A DNA stretch of 64,000 nucleotides from Takakia lepidozioides (Eukaryota > Plantae > Bryophyta): positions 21,390,001-21,454,000 of the forward strand of contig CM060732.1 in NCBI GenBank assembly GCA_030704615.1, in the 5' to 3' direction. Made by a program: the position numbers and the translations under genes. The notes beneath the pieces are model-generated. The model made no database searches, was not told where the DNA came from, and saw only the letters and a list, made by a program, of their open reading frames with translations. The stretch's first letter is position 1; every line of letters starts with the position of its first letter. This document shows positions 60,430 through 64,000 of the stretch, piece by piece.

Positions 60430-61346
60430 TTTGTCGTCTAGGTAGCTTGTGATTGCCTGGACGGCCAAACCGTTCTGCAAAGGGGGGACAGTTACCCCAT
60501 GTGTAGATTTTGCTCGTCTTGTGTAAACTTTGAGAATTGGTAAACCATTCAGGGTACCAAATCTTTCAGTTACACGACGCACAGGCTCCGCACACATAGG
60601 GGCAGATGTCCGTCAGACTGCTTGGGGACAATTACCCCGTGTATAGATTTTGCTCGTCTTGTGTAGACTTTGAGGATTGGTAAACCATTTAGAGTACCAA
60701 ATCCTTCAGTTACACGACGTTCAGGCTCTGCACACTTAGGGACAGATTGTCCATCTGACGGCTTGGGGACAATTACCCCGTGTATAGAATTTGTTCGTCT
60801 TGTGTAAACCTTGAGGATTGGTCAGAGTACCAAATCCTTCAGATTCAGGACGTTCAGGTTCCGTACACTTAGGGGCATCTTGTCCTTCTGGCTGTTGGAT
60901 TCAACCTCATCCAGAGCATCAAACCGATTAGAAACTCTCAAGTTGAAGTTGTTGCCCTTGGTTGTCTTCCTAGAGCGCCCCATTGAATCACCAATGTCTA
61001 AGACCGCTCTCCAGCCAGTCAAGGGACGAACTTCTTTGAGATTGAATTGATGTGGGACTCTATTAGAAGCACTTTTGGTCATTGCAACCTTCAACGTACC
61101 CCTGTTATCAAGTCTCGAGATGGTACCATTAGCCATGAAATCCAAGCCTAAGCTAGAGCATGTAGTTTTAAAGGACACATCGTCCATCCTGGGATTCACC
61201 CCAAAAACTACACATGAAGCCCTAGATTTGGCATAAGTAACCAATTCCCAGGGATCACCCTGAGGAGTGTTGATGTTGATAGGAGCTAAATTTTTGATTG
61301 TTTTCGCAGGCCATAAGTTTAAGCACAGGAACCAACCCGAGCCCAA
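60430..61346 (-). pseudogene. ORF1 / N-terminal region of the full-length LINE (RRM-like segment, SNRFDAL motif, 47-aa repeats)
   Basis: SCVVFGVNP...GWRAVL, VSNRFDALDEVE, followed by three PILKVYTRR-containing repeats. Confidence 0.6.
60484..60880. repeat. About 141-bp tandem repeat, roughly 2.8 copies
   Basis: ggggaca(a/g)ttacccc at 60484, 60624 and 60765 (periods 140 and 141). Confidence 0.92.
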
Positions 61347-62641
61347 GTGCCGAGTATGCTAGACAGAGCATACGACTGCCCAATTTGGGCGGAGGGGCTG
61401 CCCCCAAGCGGTAGGAGTCCGCTTGTTACCATTCAGAGATCACACTCCAGGAGTTGCAGGGAATGGCCCGTGTAGGCATATTCTAAAGAGGGAAAGGCCC
61501 CAAGCTTTCCAACTAAATCCAATGCACTACCTTACCTGAAGCAAAGCGCTTCAGGTCGAAACAAACAAGGACACGAGGTCACAAGGCCGGCATTTAGTCA
61601 CAGAGACATTAATGTACTCCCGTTTCAATACGCTTCCTAGAGGACAGGAGAGAGAGATTGTACTCATAAGACGTTGTTTGCCGTAGCCTTGTGGCCATTG
61701 AGAGAGAGAGAGAGATTGTACTAGACGTTGTTTGCCGTAGCCTTGTGGCCATTGACCCCGCGCCCAGTTTGAGCGGGAACAAAAGGGACAGAACCTACCT
61801 CTGTCAGGGGCTGACGTTGGTAGTAAGACTTACCTCCATATAAAGAATTAATCCGGGTTTTCCAGATATCCTCTAGAAATCCCTTCACACAAGCATCAAT
61901 CTGCTGTGTGTGATTTGCCCAAAAACTAGGCCTCAGGAGGGCCTGGGCTTTTGGCTCAGCCGAGAGAGAGAGAGAGAGAGAGAGCTGAACATGATGGAGG
62001 GATTACAGTAAGGTTTCTCAATAAGATCGAGCACTCCCCAATAGAGGGACTGAGGCAATTGCAGACTGGCAAAGTTAACATGTTTTTGCAGTTATTGCAT
62101 GCAGGTCAAGCATTGAATGAAGAATGTCTCTGGCAGGAATTTTTCTCAGATACTTCACAGTGCTGCGACAACAGATTTGATAAGGTGAGACTATCCTAAC
62201 TTAGGATGTCGTAAATGTTTTCTAGGAGATCCTGGACTCAAGCTTGCATGATGAATGTTTCATCGTCTGGATAGATGCAGTTTCTCAAATTCATAAGAAT
62301 TTGGTCCTTTAGCACAAAAAACTCGAAGGTCCTTATTGTTACTAGCAGCTCAAAGCTGCTCCCTGTAGTTTGAAGATGGTGTATTTATAGCCTCAGTGTT
62401 GCCAGACTGGTAGAAGCTATAGGCTCTCAGCTGCCCAGTGGTCGGTTTTTTTCAGAGAAGTCCAGGATTGCCAGACTTCAGAAATAAGCAGCCAGAAGAG
62501 GTGGTTTGGATTGAGGGTTTGTCGAATCTTCCTTGGGTGAAAGCACAGTTACCTGCCATCACACGAGGTCGAGTACAATCTGGTGATGGCTCTAATTTCA
62601 ATGTACATCATGGCGGTTTACACCTAGAATACAACAGGTAC

Positions 62642-62970
62642 GGTTTTGATGAGATGATCCAAGGGTTTCAACTCATAAGGATAGAGTTGGTCAAGTTTAT
62701 TCGCAAAGTAGATCACTGCTGCAGTTTGGTAATCCCATCGATAAGTAGCCTGTCAGTACGAAGATATTTTTCTCTTAAGTAGCTAGGAGCAATGACATAT
62801 AGCATGTAGGGGGTGTAAGTTTTGCAACGAAGTAAGGTTTTGATGAGATGATGCAAGGGTTCCCTTCAGACGTGTAGACTTGGTCCAGCTTATTCTGAGT
62901 AGATGACTGCTGCAGTTTGGTGTTCCCATGGATAAGCGTGAAGATATCTTTCTTTACAGTTACTAGGAGC
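62642..62970. repeat. Diverged tandem duplication, about 194-bp period
   Basis: ggttttgatgagatgat(c/g)caagggtt at 62642 and 62836; ctgctgcagtttggt and gaagatat are repeated in register. Confidence 0.75.
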
Positions 62971-63033
62971 TTTGCCATTTAGGATGCGGGTTTCAGTGTA
63001 AATTTTGTAATGAAATGTTTAGAGTGATGTAGG

Positions 63034-64000
63034 ATGGCAGGGTTGAATCAGGCACAGTCAAGCACCTCCACCCTGGCCACTTCTTATAGAAGAGGACCGG
63101 GAGAGAGATTTAAAATGAAAGAGAGATTCAAAATGAAGCCTTCAGGCAGCTGTGAGGATATGAGAACACTATGTAAGGCAGGAGAACTGAAAGAGGCGCT
63201 GCACATTTTGAAACAAGGAGGCATTTCAGCAGACTTGGATACTTACGTTCGTCTCTTGCAAGAGTGCAGCAAGATAAAAGACATAGCAAGGGGAAAACAG
63301 TTGCACACGCACATCACCCAAAGTGGATTCAAGCCAAACACCTTTCTATTGAACGCCCTTGTTAACATGTATGCCAAGTGCGGCAGCCTGTTGGATGCCC
63401 GCCAAGTGTTTGACAATATGCATGAACGGGATGTATGTACGTGGACTATTATGATGGCAGGATATGCAAAGAATGGATATGGTAGTGAGGCTTGCCGAAT
63501 GTATGAGAAAATGGTAAGGGAAGGGGCTACACCCAACAAGGTCACCTTCATCTGCATTCTCAGGGCATGTGCCAGCCTAGGAGCCCTGAGAAAGGGCAAA
63601 GAGGTCCATGCTGACATCGTAAAAGCCGGAATTGCTCCGGACATCATTCTGGAGACTGCTCTTGCAGACATGTATGCCAAATGTGGGAGCATGAATGATG
63701 CAAATCAAGTGTTCAACAACATGGCCAAACGGGATGTGGTCACATGGAATACCATTATCATAGGATATGCTCAGCTTGGGTGTTGTAGGGAGGCTTTTGA
63801 GAAATATGAGCAGATGGCACGGGAAAGGGTGACACCTGACAAGGTCACCTTCATTTGCATTTTGAACGTGTGTGCCAGCCTGGTATCACTGGAAAAGGGC
63901 AAAGATGTTCATGTGCAGTTCAGCAAAAGTGGAATTCCATCGGATGTAGTTCTGGATAATAGCCTTATCGACATGTATTCGAAATGCGGGAGCTTAAAGG
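63034..64000 (+). CDS. PLS-class pentatricopeptide repeat protein (organellar RNA-editing factor type), 3' end outside the window
   Basis: Open frame from ATG 63034 to the window edge: LCKAGELKEAL...TYVRLLQECS...GKQLH...NALVNMYAKCGSLLDARQVFDNMHERDVCTWTIMMAGYAKNG...PNKVTFICILRAC, repeated. Absent from the ORF track because it has no stop in the window. Confidence 0.95.
   Translation, partial: MAGLNQAQSSTSTLATSYRRGPGERFKMKERFKMKPSGSCEDMRTLCKAGELKEALHILKQGGISADLDTYVRLLQECSKIKDIARGKQLHTHITQSGFKPNTFLLNALVNMYAKCGSLLDARQVFDNMHERDVCTWTIMMAGYAKNGYGSEACRMYEKMVREGATPNKVTFICILRACASLGALRKGKEVHADIVKAGIAPDIILETALADMYAKCGSMNDANQVFNNMAKRDVVTWNTIIIGYAQLGCCREAFEKYEQMARERVTPDKVTFICILNVCASLVSLEKGKDVHVQFSKSGIPSDVVLDNSLIDMYSKCGSLK

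Larger units (their letters stand above)
55398..61984 (-). mobile_element. Tandem array of five RTE-X-like LINE copies separated by (GA)n tracts
   Basis: Copies at 55408-55730 (diverged), 55755-56838, 56853-61647 (full length), 61658-61699 and 61716-61961. GA tracts at 55398, 55731, 56839, 61648, 61700 and 61962. Copies 2-5 share the 3' end ...AGTACA(A/T)-(TC)n. Confidence 0.92.

Noticed and set aside
60484-60880. CRISPR-like array (also the 52740-53450 repeats)
   Set aside because: Whole units are repeated with no unique spacers, there are no cas genes, and the context is eukaryotic.
61990-62980. Protein-coding gene between the LINE array and the PPR gene
   Set aside because: Only short ORFs with stops in all frames and no recognisable motif; just the tandem duplication is supportable.

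Overview
Eukaryotic land-plant nuclear DNA: GT-AG introns, a PLS-class PPR gene and plant-type GTE/nsLTP/APK genes. A non-seed plant is plausible but cannot be shown from sequence. 0-15 kb: nsLTP pseudogene and a local duplication carrying two divergent intronless GTE/BET-like genes, separated by a degenerate L1-type LINE and a tRNA-derived SINE. 15-37 kb: compact host-gene block (NYN+3xLOTUS MARF1-like, PP2-A10-like, APS kinase, AGT2/PYD4-like aminotransferase head-to-head with a mitochondrial pyruvate carrier). 38-55 kb: decayed accessory block with hairpin-rich edges, unidentified broken genes and a compact HECT E3 ligase pseudogene split in an exon by a chromoviral Ty3/Gypsy element, itself carrying a 237-bp TIR element with a 4-bp TSD. 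55-62 kb: five same-orientation copies of an RTE-X-like LINE, each bounded by (GA)n/(TC)n tracts, suggesting a microsatellite-targeting retrotransposon. A PPR gene runs off the right end. The best novelty candidates are the (TC)n-targeting LINE array, the compact HECT block and a SINE sharing its 3' tail with the L1. All calls are by eye, with no database searches.
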